From assembly GCA_051294905.1 (NCBI GenBank), contig CM119373.1, positions 5,210,001 to 5,274,000 of the forward strand: 64,000 nucleotides of DNA. The letters are read 5' to 3'. This document shows, piece by piece, positions 1 through 11,507 of this stretch (the stretch's first letter is position 1; each line of letters opens with the position of its first letter). The notes under the pieces were generated by a model. The model searched no databases. It was not told where the DNA came from and saw nothing but the letters and a program-made list of their open reading frames with translations. The position numbers and the translations under genes are program-made. The stretch is from Botryllus schlosseri. Its lineage: Eukaryota.

Positions 1-540
1 ACGAACAATGAAGGCATGGTTGTAAATTACGTGTCTAAATCTTCGTGCTTGGCGCTACTCGACAGTAAATACACAGCGTATCCATATCTCATCAAAACTG
101 GGGAGGGGGGCGAAATGCTGTTTCGGTATTGGTTCTGTAGCTGCAATAACACGCTAACATAGTGTAAAGGTGGATGGCTATAGTTTCAGATCCAAATGTT
201 AGGTAAAAATTGCGACATAGCGATTGGTGCCCGTTTCCAGTATGGCCGTATGAAAATATAATGAGGGATTCATATACGTCTCTACTTAGAACCCACTTAA
301 TACGGCTATTCCGAACTGCCGTTATACGAATAACGGAAAATATTGGCTCGGTTATGATTCTTTATCAGCAGCCATTGGTTTTTAATGCTTCGCTATAGAA
401 ATTGTCAAGTTCAATTGGACGAGTAGGCCTACAGAATTGCAAATCCTTTTCCAGCGTATACGTAAATAGGCCTTGCTCGCAAATTAGCAACGGCCAACTA
501 CGTTTACCTTTAAGCATAAAAAAAACATCAATACTTACGT

Positions 541-1330
541 TATCATTCGAAATTAGGCAGAGTGGTGATTGTTTCCTGTCGCGAGGTAGTGGCGTCTGGA
601 GTGTATTGATAACCCGATATAAGGCAGGGTTACCATACGTCCTCCCTTGACCTCCTTTTTCAGGTTTTTGAAAATTTCCCCCGATGACACCTACATGTCC
701 AGCCTTTTCAGATTGTGTCCTCTTTTTTGAGAATTATTGTTAATTATAGGGAAAATTCGACTGTTCGACTGAGATTGAGTGATTCAGCACTGGAGTAACG
801 CTCCGGCGGCTATTTTGGGGGGCTGAGTCGGAAAGTTGACCTTTTTTCTATTTTTACTCAGCCTACCACGAGGTGGTAAAAATTTAACCATTTCTCAAGA
901 TTTTCCTCCGGTATTCTAAGTTTAAAAACTTCGATAAATTGTCCTTCTTTCCCGATTCCAAAGTATGGTAACCCTATAGAGGGTGTTCTTACACTCACAG
1001 TACTGGAGGTACTGCACATCGAATATCTATTTACTACATGCGGATAATTTGTTACGCAATGACGAACCAAGCTATTACTTGTGACTAAATAATCAGCCGT
1101 GGCGTTTGAAAATCCGACTTTTCTGCTATCGAAAATCTGTTTTAAATCGCTTTTTTCATTGTTCACGAATATTCAGTTTATGTCATAGTCATTGCAGAAA
1201 TGAAAAGTAATCGTTCTTTCACAAAGAACTCGATTAGATATGTGAAGTAGTCGATTACGATTACGATTACTTCGGATTTGTTTTCGAATGTTATCGATTA
1301 CGATTATTAATCACGATTACCCCATGTCTG
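541..1330. mobile_element. Right part of a GATTAC-array non-autonomous hAT-like element (family of 19377-22036), interrupted by a small MITE at 625-976
   Basis: Aligns by eye to 20900-21040 and 21700-22036; ends in (GATTAC)n plus CCCCATGTCTG. The nested MITE has CAGGGTTACCATAC/GTATGGTAACCCT termini. Confidence 0.75.
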
Positions 1331-1532
1331 GTTGGAATATATATACATAAGATAACGATCACAATAGACCCATACATGGGATGCTGCATGTACTGGATGA
1401 GGTTGGGGAACTGTAGCAACGGTAGCACCTACTTGAACCTTCTTGGACATCAAGTATGGCATATTGTCATTACAAAAATTCTCATATCGATTTTCGAGAA
1501 ACCGTCAGTAAAATATAACCTCATGTATACAG

Positions 1533-1604
1533 TCGAAGACGCAATCATGGAAATGAAAAGAACTTTGCTGTCAAATCACGATAGGATCGTCGCTATTGAC
1601 CACG
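1533..1604 (+). CDS. Lectin gene 1, internal linker exon (phase 1-1)
   Basis: tatacAG acceptor, 72-nt open exon (V)EDAIMEMKRTLLSNHDRIVAIDH, donor G|GTGAGC. The phase matches the acceptor at 1704 across a 100-nt intron. The first exon is presumably upstream of the window. Confidence 0.6.
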
Positions 1605-1704
1605 GTGAGCTGTAGTACGAAGCCCCAACGATCGGCAATATAGAATATAGATACTTTTTCCTTCAACACAAATATCGGATATTATGAAGATAATTCTTTC
1701 GCAG

Positions 1705-1813
1705 TGACAAGCATATTGGTGTGCGAACGTGGCATGATGGTGATTGACTGCGGAAGGTCACAGAAAATCAAGATTGAAAGTGCACTGTACGGTAGAATCA
1801 AAAGAAACCAAAC
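1705..1813 (+). CDS. Lectin gene 1, N-terminal half of SUEL/rhamnose-binding lectin domain
   Basis: ttctttcgcAG acceptor; TSILVCERGMMVIDCGRSQKIKIESALYGRIKRNQ contains the CE...C...I..A.YGR motif; phase-2 donor AC|GTGTGT. It is 109 nt, the same length as the paralogous exons at 45086 and 58316. Confidence 0.9.
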
Positions 1814-2030
1814 GTGTGTTCGTATAAAGCTTGGCAGGGTGGTAGTAATACTAGCATATATTGTAGATTTCGAGAAATCACGGCCTAATTCGTACGACTT
1901 TGTGGTATATATTGAATTTGAGTATGACCATCAGTCTGAGCTGTTCAGATCCTTCATCCGGTCACTTTAATAATCGATTTTCATAATATCTTGTCTTGCA
2001 ATATAGCCAACAGAGGTGGTCAGTAACGAA

Positions 2031-3302
2031 GTACTTCTACTTTTTGGAAGTACTCAAGTAGTTTTCCTCTACTTCTGGCATTTACTCAAGTAGATCTGAT
2101 TTTCTCTACTTCTACTTCTTAATATTTTGTGATCTACTTACTTACTTTTCGCTATTTTCAGTTTGTCAAGTAGAAGTAGCTCAATCCCCCTATACGGAAG
2201 ATAGCCTGAGGAATTTCGGGGGCTGTTTTCACGGAGTACCAACATTTAATATTCATAAAAGTCAAGTCAAGTCCAGAAACTTTGTTGCGCTTAGGGCATG
2301 GTAGTGATGAAGAGACAAATATATTTTCATGAAAGTATCAGTGAATATAATTTAGGTACCGGATTGCTTGGTTGCTCACACACCGCATTGTCGCCCATAT
2401 CAAATATTTCATCACAGTAAATATGACTCACCATAACGTTTGAAACTACCGTTTCGCAATCTAGAAATTACCTATCACATCGTAATCTAGCAGCCCATTA
2501 CGTGTTTTGCTAATCTGGCTAATCCAGCTTTTGTGAACGTTACACCTCTTTTAGCAGATCACCTTTGAAGCTTTATTGACAAAAGACATGCTTTTTAGGT
2601 CACCTTTAAAGCTTTATGGACAAAAGACACGCTTTTTTAAGTGGTATTTGTATTTCACTTTCAATTGCGAGTATCATACTCTGAGTTCTAATTACTTCCA
2701 GTTCTTTTGTCTGCAGAACATACATCTTGAAGCATAAAAGCAAGTGGTATAATGTCTCTATTTTCCGAAAATAAAGCTACACTAAATATAACGATCCACA
2801 ATATTTGTTATTAACGTATACTAATCGTGCAAAGTGATGAAACCGTATCCGATACAACTTCTACGTATTGCTCTTCGCCTAAACTTGGGGCCTTATAATA
2901 TGGGGTAGGGTGCCATGCCATGTTATGCTCTAAAACGGGGTATTCAAGTAAAAAAAGGTCGGTATCGCATTTTCATATCAATACTATAATGTGCATCCCA
3001 CGATGCGAATCAATGCTTATTCTGTCGAAAATTGATACCTCCTGGGATGCATCAATACGAATCAAGCTCTCTGCACCCGCCGCATAGCTCAATTCGCAGT
3101 TTTTGACAGTCCGTGCGAATAAATTAAAACTGTTTTCAAACCTACTTACTTACTTGAGTAGATTTTAAGTCAGTCAATTCTACTTCTACTTCAAGTAGTT
3201 TCAGGTGGCTTATTGAAGAAGTACTTCTACTTGTACTTGAGTAGACTTTTTCGTCGCTACTTCTACTTCAACTTGAGTAGCTTTCTTGACTACTTTGACC
3301 AC
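2031..3302. mobile_element. Non-autonomous DNA transposon with TACTT/AAGTA subterminal arrays, in the intron splitting the gene 1 SUEL domain
   Basis: Clusters of TACTTCTACTT / TACTCAAGTAG at both ends; GTGGTCA...TGACCAC terminal symmetry. Ends are approximate. Confidence 0.55.
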
Positions 3303-3374
3303 GCCAACATTGTCATATCATGTAATAACATGCGCCATGCCGAACGTGTCAACTAAATATGATTTTCTTTATAG

Positions 3375-3558
3375 GTGCCCTCATCATAAAATAACTGATT
3401 ACAACTGCCGTGCCGAAACAACTATTGACGTCTTATCAGCGGAATGCGATAGATATTCGAGTTGCCAAGTAGCCGCTAACAACACCGTGTTCGGTGACCC
3501 GTGCAAAGATACTTACAAGTATTTGCAGGTCGAATACCGGTGCATTCCTGATAATTGA
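3375..3558 (+). CDS. Lectin gene 1, terminal exon, C-terminal half of SUEL domain
   Basis: ttttctttatAG acceptor; CPHHKITDYNCRAETTIDVLSAECDRYSSCQVAANNTVFGDPCKDTYKYLQVEYRCIPDN* has the FGDPC..TYKYL motif. The two exons join in frame and give 8 Cys. Confidence 0.92.
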
Positions 3559-4034
3559 ACATTCATCGTTATCTGACCGCCATAACTATAATTTGTATAT
3601 GTAGTATACATGGACCGTTAAAATATAAAATGCATATTGTGATTTATTTCAAACTCGTATGATGACAATACATGATTAAATGTTTAATGTAAACAGATGG
3701 TGTATCTCAGATGAGTAACAGATCGACTGATTGGGATTTAGTTTAGAACGTCCAGTGAGATATCTTTACTTAACGCGTTTCAGAAAAATTCACGTGAATA
3801 CGGCTTATTCTGCATATGACGCGAAAAAAACGTCAATAGACGCGGAGACCGGTCTACCACCTCGCAAAAATGGACAATTTTTAGTAAATTCACCAACTAT
3901 CAAAGATAGACGAAGTTATCTCCCCTTTCTATGTCCTTCCTTTCGGATCCGGATTATGGTGAGTGAAAATTTGTGACGAGCTATACAAGGGGGCGATGAG
4001 TCGAAAAAGGTTGGATACCACTGATCTAGGATCT

Positions 4035-4195
4035 TTCTGATCATCTGATCCACGTAGGCGGTGTCATGTGTAAGCATAGAAGTGGGCCGTGCTACAAGTC
4101 GGCAGCTACAGAAAAAATGATGAAAATTTGTCTTGTGTATAAATACGATAGTAGTTGACAAACACCATGAATGCTACAAACAAACAAACAAACAC
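4035..4195 (+). mobile_element. 3' part of SINE family B
   Basis: GTGGGCCGTGCTACAAGTCGGCAGCTAC core shared with 15020-16225, 43515-43625, 62290-62590 (-) and 63535-63700 (-); (CAAA)n tail. Confidence 0.65.
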
Positions 4196-4440
4196 TTCGG
4201 ATAAATTATGATATTCTTCATTTCCCACAACCTGAAACCTCTCCAACAAATCATTCAAAATGCTCCCTCCGATAACATTTGTTGTGATTTTCTATAGTAA
4301 CGACTTGAAATTGGTGACTGTTAAGACACTCAAGAATTGACAGTGACGACCGATGAGAGAAAAACCAATTATTAAATCGTCGAGGTCGAGTTAGCTATGG
4401 TCGTACTTTGCTTTAACCTTATAGTCATATCGCTATATCA

Positions 4441-4795
4441 GGGGAAGCAAGTGACGCAGTGAGCTAAGCGACACCGCAGACACATCAATTGGTTGTTAGG
4501 TAAAGTCTCGTCTCCGCCATGTTTCTATGTGTCGGAGGTTTATTTTGGCTTCCGATCGCTGATCCTGTATTAAAGCAGCGTCCGAAAAAGCCAAGAGGAA
4601 GAATGAGGTCGAAAGTCGGTAACATAGAGCAGAAAGTGGACGCACGAAAGCGACAGAGTATAAAGAGGGGGAGTGAGCGTTGAAGAACGGTCGTCCCAAA
4701 AACCCACAGCAATGACACTGCAATTTACGAAATGTACCGTCGTGGCACACAAGGCCTGGACAGGCGATAAGCGCCACTGTCGTTGTGTACTAATA
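4441..4795 (+). mobile_element. tRNA-derived SINE family A, degenerate copy
   Basis: Collinear with 60078-60450: GGGAAGC(A/G)AGTG(A/G)CGCAGT head, TGTCGGAGGTTTAT, and a GGCGATAAGC(G/T)CCACTGT 3' block. Confidence 0.7.
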
Positions 4796-5244
4796 TATCA
4801 AACTTTTGGTTGGATGGACATGTATTTTCGCCGTTAAGTGCAATCAATATCTCTGTGACGTCTGGCAATAAATGTAAAGTCGCGTTTTACTGCAACATAA
4901 AACTTCTAATGTATCGGTATCCCGTAAAATTATTCGAAAGCGTTATTGCAAGTCAGTAATTTTGCGAAGAAATTCTGGTAACTTGACTTAGCAGCTAAAT
5001 TAAAGTAACATTACATAGCAAAATGTTAAATTACAAGGTACGCGCAGTTATTGGCTGCGACCGGTAATTCGTTGCAAAATGTACAGGTGATTTCTTTGCA
5101 AATCTACCAGATTTTTTACGGTGTAATAAGGTGACAAAACTAAGTTTTTGATTTATCTCCTAAGCCGGAAATTCCTCCGTGGTATACAAGAGGGTCATGT
5201 GGGACCAGTGACAATGATATATCTAAAGCACGCAATATCATAAT

Positions 5245-5762
5245 TAGGGCTGGGCACAATGATTCGAGTACTCGAATCTGAATCGAGTATTAATTTTAAT
5301 GATTCGAGTCGAGTAGTAAAAGACGATTTTTTCGAGTACTGAAATTGCACGCTCCTCGCAACTGAAAGTTATTGAACCAGCGAGAATTACAGTTTTGATA
5401 ATATTTTCCACTGAGGAAGCCTTAAAACCTTGATTGGCTGTGTCGTAGCATGATAGAGATAGTACAAATAAGCTACGCACGTTACTGGAAATAACACATT
5501 TCCGAAGTCATGATCGTTCCACAACATTGTCAAGAAGTGCAATGAAGTCGGTATGGTCGAAAACATACCGAAGTATCAATAATGTGACGGGTAACAGGCA
5601 TTATGTTCTTCGCGGTGGCATAAAAGGTACATCTTTGAACTTTGACATAGTACATTCTGTTGTGACGTCATAATAGGTGATACTCGAATACTCGACTCGA
5701 CTCGAAGCATTTTAAGTGATTCAGAATCGAATCACTCAGGTACTCGATTTTGCCCAGCCCTA
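5245..5762. mobile_element. hAT-type MITE
   Basis: TIR TAGGGCTGGGCA/TGCCCAGCCCTA; 8-bp TSD ATCATAAT (5237-5244, 5763-5770); TCGAGTA arrays. The paralogous site near 29460 is empty. Confidence 0.9.
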
Positions 5763-6119
5763 ATCATAATACATGTTGGTGTAGGCTACTGCACTCGTGT
5801 GTAAGTAAATATATGTGTAACTTGTAGAATGAGTGAACTATTGTGAGATTTGCATTACGCATCTCGTCCTTGTTTTGGAATGGCTGTCTCTTCGGCGCGA
5901 GTGAAATTTGTCTTACAAGGAACAATGGCCTCAATTAGGCATATGACATTATACATGATCCAACCATTCCAATTTTGTCTTCAATTGAAATATGCAACAC
6001 ATCCATTGTAGCGAATATAGGCTTGTTTCTAATATGGTTACAAAATAGTCGCGTATTTTGGTTGGAGTGATTACAGGTATCGGTAAAATGTAATCTATAA
6101 ATTATATGTTACCTGTGTG

Positions 6120-8509
6120 CAGGGCCGTAACAGCACCTCGTCAGGCCCCCCCAAAAAAACTTTGGTCTTGGGCCCCCCATATGGTTATAGACCGAACGTC
6201 TGGGGGGCTTCGCCCCCCAGACCCTCCCTCCGGCGATACACTGTTTACCACTATTCATCATGATCATTGGGAGTTTGTTCGGTGAATCAGGTTTTGTCGC
6301 CTAAGCGCGCGACGCGCGGAAAATTTCTAGAATTCATGATTTCATCGGTCAGTATGATCGGGAATTGCGTATTTGTTATCAATTTTTATCTTATCTCTGC
6401 TGACGTAATCAGATTTGTCGGTAGAGCTGAGTGAGGTGTGTTTGAAAAGGTAGGACCACTCAATAATAACTAAACATCTTCGGGCGTATACCCGTTGGAA
6501 GGATGGAAACAGCACCTCGTCAGGCCCCCATCACGTTGTTCGCGTTTGTCACGAAATCATCTGTACTGTAATGTGAGCCGAGCCAGCGCGAAGCGCGAAA
6601 ATTTTCGATAATTTATGATAAAATCGGTCAATTAGATCGGCGATTGCATATATATTATGCTATCAATTTATTGTCTTCTCTACTCACGTAATTAGATTTA
6701 CCGGTAGAGCTGAGTGAAGTGTCTTGAAAACGGGAGGGCCCGTAAATATTGATTAAACATCTTCGGGCGGGCGGACCCGTTGATATGACTTCGTTACATG
6801 ATGTTATTTCGTGACTTCCAGTCTACTATATCAAAAAATATAGAATCGCCCAAACGTAGGCTTCTAAACTAAGAGACGCACACGATTTCAAATTGGTATT
6901 TCTTCACTGGCATAAAATTTTTCCCAGCGGGATGGTATCATCATTGGTTTATTAGCAATTTTATCAGTTCAATACACCACAAAAAATGCGATACAATGAA
7001 AAGACAGGAAGATGTCGAAGCGACAAGGAGTAGTCTATGGAATCTGACACTCACCTTGGCCTAGGCGATGTAAAGAGGAGGCATGCACACTGAATGAAAG
7101 TAAAGAAGATAGTATAGAAAAAGAATGCGACAAGAAATAGTGCGGCATGTCATGGGAAGCGAGATCGATAGGTCAGTCGTGGTCCGGTAATCTTGAGGAT
7201 GGACTGTATTTATTTAGTAGTAATTGCTTGTATTTCGACTTGAATGTGGACATGCTCGTCGACTGTCGGATGGCCGGCGGGATACTGTTCCACACATCAG
7301 GTCTGGCATATTTGATGGAGCGATGATCTTTTCGGTCGATCATATGATATTTGGACGACGTGGACGCGCGTGTGTTGTACTTGTGCGCTTTTGATTCAGA
7401 GGTAAAGAAGTCATTGAAATATTCGGGGCAACGACCGCAGTGAAACTGATACATAAACTTGGCGATTTCTATAGTTTCCGCATATCTTCTATGTTTAGGA
7501 CGCCAAATCTCTTCAGCAGCGACTTATTGGATGGGCAGCCAGGCCCCTTTGGAGCCCTAGCTATGATTCGGAGTACTTTATGCTGTAGTTTCTGCAGTGG
7601 CTTGAGTGCAGTTTTACTGGCAGCCCCCCAACAGAGGATGCCATAATGTAACTTCGATTGGATTAAGGATTTAAAGAGTATCAGAAGAACCCATGCTGGC
7701 ATGAAGCGCCCAAGGCTGTAGAACAGGCCGCACTTCGGTGATAATTTAGTTTCTAGGGACTGAATATGACTCTTCTAGGACATGTTCGAGTCCAGTAAAA
7801 CTCCGAGATATTTGGCATTATCTGTGTTGGAAACGGGCTGACCAGCGATATTAACGGTTAGGTTATTTTTTGAATTGACTGTCAGCAATTGCGATTTCGA
7901 GGCGTTTATGCAAAGGTTGTTCTGGGCCGTCCACTCATGGACTTTGAGCATTTGGTCACCAGTCAGGGCATCCAGCTCTGCCGTCGAAGATGCGGAAGTG
8001 GGGAGGTGAGTATCATCAGCGAACAGTGTGGTGTTCAATGAGGAGGTTTCAAAAATGTCGTTGACATATAAGGTATTTGTCTTGTGAGGTTCAGATTGCA
8101 AAGACAGGAACATTCGGCGCCAGTCATTCAGGCGCCTATGGACAATTAAACCTATATGTATTTTATATAGCCTATATAACGAAGTTTTCTGTCTGCAAGG
8201 GCATAGACCTTTTCGGCCAAGCTTTTCTCGCTGCCGATCGTTCTGGCACACTTCTTGGAGTCGCATATTATATGACCTAAAACTTGATTGTATGTGTTGG
8301 TGGGTCGTGGCTCGGTAATGGCCCAATACCCAATAATATAGAAAAATGGCTACTTGAACTCGCGCGTAGCGCGAAAAAATTTTGAAAAAATTGCATAAAT
8401 TTTCAAAAAATGCTCTATGATTTATGCTAATTCACGAAATAATTCTGGGCCCCTTTCGAGCTCGGGCCCCCCCAATTGGGGGGTTTGGGGTGCGGCAGTT
8501 ACGGTGCTG
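6120..8509. mobile_element. hAT-type non-autonomous element containing a nested LINE fragment
   Basis: Imperfect TIR CAGGGCCGTAAC/GTTACGGTGCTG; 8-bp TSD CCTGTGTG (6112-6119, 8510-8517). The body recurs inverted at about 30320-31180 and 39395-40330. Confidence 0.85.
6939..8071 (-). mobile_element. 5'-truncated CR1/L2-type LINE (RT C-terminal part plus 3' UTR), decayed
   Basis: Minus-strand peptides LYVNDIF..LFADDT, AKYLGVLLDSN, LHYGILCWG, HKYNTR, WNSIP; AATAAA plus a short ATG-repeat tail at the left end; 5-bp TSD GGTAT (6934-6938, 8072-8076). Confidence 0.85.
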
Positions 8510-10506
8510 CCTGTGTGCCATGGATTGTCAGAAATTTTCACGACCCAGCAAACACAGTACAGACCAAAGATGTAGAAAAGCCGAGCCGATATAGTAGATA
8601 TTAGATCTCGGCAGGTCGTAGAAAGGGGGATTTTGTGTCGACTCAATTCAACGTCTTTTCCATGTCCTTCAATAATGTAAATATTATGCAGATGCTACAG
8701 CCTTTAAACATGGTGAGTAGAATGTAGATCCTACGTTAGAAGAAGAAGATCCTGATATAATAACCTGTTTTCTACCACTATGGGCTTAACCTGATCACGG
8801 CTGCGTACACACACCACATTATTTACTACATATTAATCACATTTGTGATAATTTAATTTCAAACGAATTGGCAATAATGCCGTTGTAAAAAATAAAACGA
8901 ACAAACGAACGAATGTCTTTAGAAAGAAAGTGAAAACAGTCCTTATCATCAGGTTTCATCTTCTGATGAGCCAGTTAAATAACCAGCATGCGGCCTTTAT
9001 TTTCAACGTCCTGCAGAAATAAAATGAAAATGATGATTAATAGCTAAGACATTCGTACTGCGGAAATGGCAGAGGTGGCGACTAACGAATGACTCCTACA
9101 TTTTTTTCGCCCATACTTACTAAAATGGATTCGATTCTAAACTATTTCCACTCAAGTTTTCAAGTTTTATTATTATATTTTTTAATATTATATGACTAGA
9201 GAACTGACTTCAATCGTCACTTCTACTTGATTATTAAGATCAACGATGACTACTTCAGCACTCTTTGAAAACAGCCACTAACACAAAAAGAATTCTTGAC
9301 TAAAATTTCTTCACATTCTGTCCAAAATGATCAATTCAACAATCCAAATGAATCAGTTATTTGGCAGCTAGTTGGAGAGATATATACTCAAGTCTAGAAA
9401 GTGGAATGATACTCTGCCTGGAAAGCTGAAGACCTAACAATATTGTGTACAGAGAACAAAACATTTGAGTGGCGGCACTGGTATAGACATTAATAAATTA
9501 TTAAAATTGACAGCAAGATAACCAGCAAGACATTAAAATGAGAATTAGTGCAGTTTCTTAGGCTGTAGTGATACTCAGCCAGTAATTGACCTAGCAGAGA
9601 GCAAAACGTTGTAAATAAAGCGAGCGAAACCTCCGACAAATGATACGATAAAACATTAGAATCGACAGTCTTACTAGAAGCAGAATAACAATCATGAGGG
9701 GTTAGAGAACAGAAGCCCGAGAAGTGACCATCAGAAATTACTGCATACTGGCTGAACAAATCCATGACCACTAACAAACGGTCTTTCAATAGTCAATATT
9801 GATACCAAATGACACCACCCCTATTTCATAGCAACATTTAGCAAATACAGCGCTGGAGTCAACCTTATATAAGCCCTAACCAAACGCCCATTAGTTTTCC
9901 CACCTACTACTTCGCGGATGGAAATACGCATTAAAGCGAACGGACGCGACTTGTCACACTCTTGCTATTTCTGCTCCTTTTTTCTCTTCGTTCCTCTTCT
10001 CTGTCGCTTCCGCTTGAGGAGAGAAACAGTCGGCCGCGTTTACGGATCGTGAATTCCCGGTGGGTGATTCTTCCTCGAATGGTCAGCACCTTGAAAATTG
10101 AGAACAATGTTGTTGCAAAATGCATGACAATTTGAAAGTTACATCATTCTAATTATTCCAGTTATGGCCGTGAATCGTTACAAGTGCGGTAACCATAAGA
10201 ATTATTACTATACTTCAACTACAAATACAATATATTGTATAAAATGATTACCAATTCTTTTACGTTGATCGAGTCCCAAATAGATGAAATATGTCAAAGA
10301 ATTTGCTAAATTTTTGTATAATTTGACAGATTCCGAAATCTTCTCAAAGTGCACCTTTCAAAAATTTGATATCAAGACTCCTAACATTTTACAATTCGAA
10401 GTTGGATGGCTTCACCAATACAAGCAAACAGTTTGTATCGCAATTGACAATTATGTGGAGAACGCTGCGAGACATATGAGTAGGCCTACCCTAAAACGTT
10501 TCTCTG

Positions 10507-11198
10507 ACATGGACATTAGGGCTCTTAAAATATGACTTTTTTTCTCAAATCGTTCTGGCTACTTGGTAAAATTGTTAGGTTACCTAATTTAAGCCTAAAC
10601 ACAAAATTTGGTTCAATTCCAGCCAGTAACCGCTTTGCTACAGGAGAAGAAAGTTTCTATTCATTATATAAAAATAAATAGGTAATAAAAATTTGAAAAT
10701 TTTCTGTTCACCCCATGAAAGTGTTAGGCTGTCTATGGAAACGATGCTCACCAAATTTGGTTCAATTCCAACCAGTGGAAGCGGAGATATGGCCGTCGAA
10801 AAATTTGGATTTGAATAAAATAGTATTTACGGTGACCGATTCTTTGTTTACTTATTAAAGTTGTGCTCACCGTAAGTACTATTTTATTAAAATCCAAATT
10901 TTTCGACAGCAATAACTCCGCTTCCACTGGTTGGAATTGGACCAAATTTGGTGAGCATCGTTTCTATAGACAGCCTAACACTTTCATGGGGTTAACAGAA
11001 AATCTTCAAATTTTTTATTATTCATTTTTATATAATAAATAGGAACTTTCTTCTCTTGTAGCAAAGCGGATACTGGCTGGATTTGGAACCATATTTTGTT
11101 TCTAGGCTTAAATTAGGTAACCTAACAATTTTATCAAGTAGGCTAGCCAGTACGATTTGAGAAAAAAAGTCATTTTTGAAGAGCCCTACTGTTCATGA
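10507..11198. mobile_element. Foldback-type element with long (~300 bp) inverted arms
   Basis: About 10507-10815 is the reverse complement of about 10885-11198, e.g. TGTTAGGCTGTCTATGGAAACGATGCTCACCAAATTTGG versus CCAAATTTGGTGAGCATCGTTTCTATAGACAGCCTAACA. Confidence 0.85.
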
Positions 11199-11507
11199 CC
11201 GTCCACGTTTAGAGTTGCATCTCAAAGATGCTAAAATAAGCCTAAATATAATCCAAGCAATACGATCGTCCACTTTGACTGACTGAATTTCTAAAAACAC
11301 CTTGATAGCTTCCACATCTTACGTTTATATATACTGTCTGCTATCGGCACAACAAAGTAGGCCTATTTAAAAATACCAAAACAGATTCAACATACCACAT
11401 CTCTTGCAAACTTCTTTAAATCCTCCTTTGTGGTGAGTTGCTTTGGAATTCTTCTAGGATCAATTCCGATACTGTTTTATCATATACAATCTATGGCGGA
11501 ATAAAAG
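10952..11507 (+). repeat. Left copy of 556-bp direct duplication flanking the LINE
   Basis: Matches 14372-14927; the only difference seen is C at 11472 versus T at 14892. Confidence 0.95.
11300..11359. mobile_element. Tiny Penelope-like terminal fragment with 5' inversion (duplicated at 14720-14779)
   Basis: TCTTACGTTTATATATACTGTCTGCTATCGGCACAACAAAGTA resembles 21518-21560. The preceding CCTTGATAGCTTCCACA is the reverse complement of the TGTGGAAGCTACCAAGG motif near 21625-21640. Confidence 0.6.
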
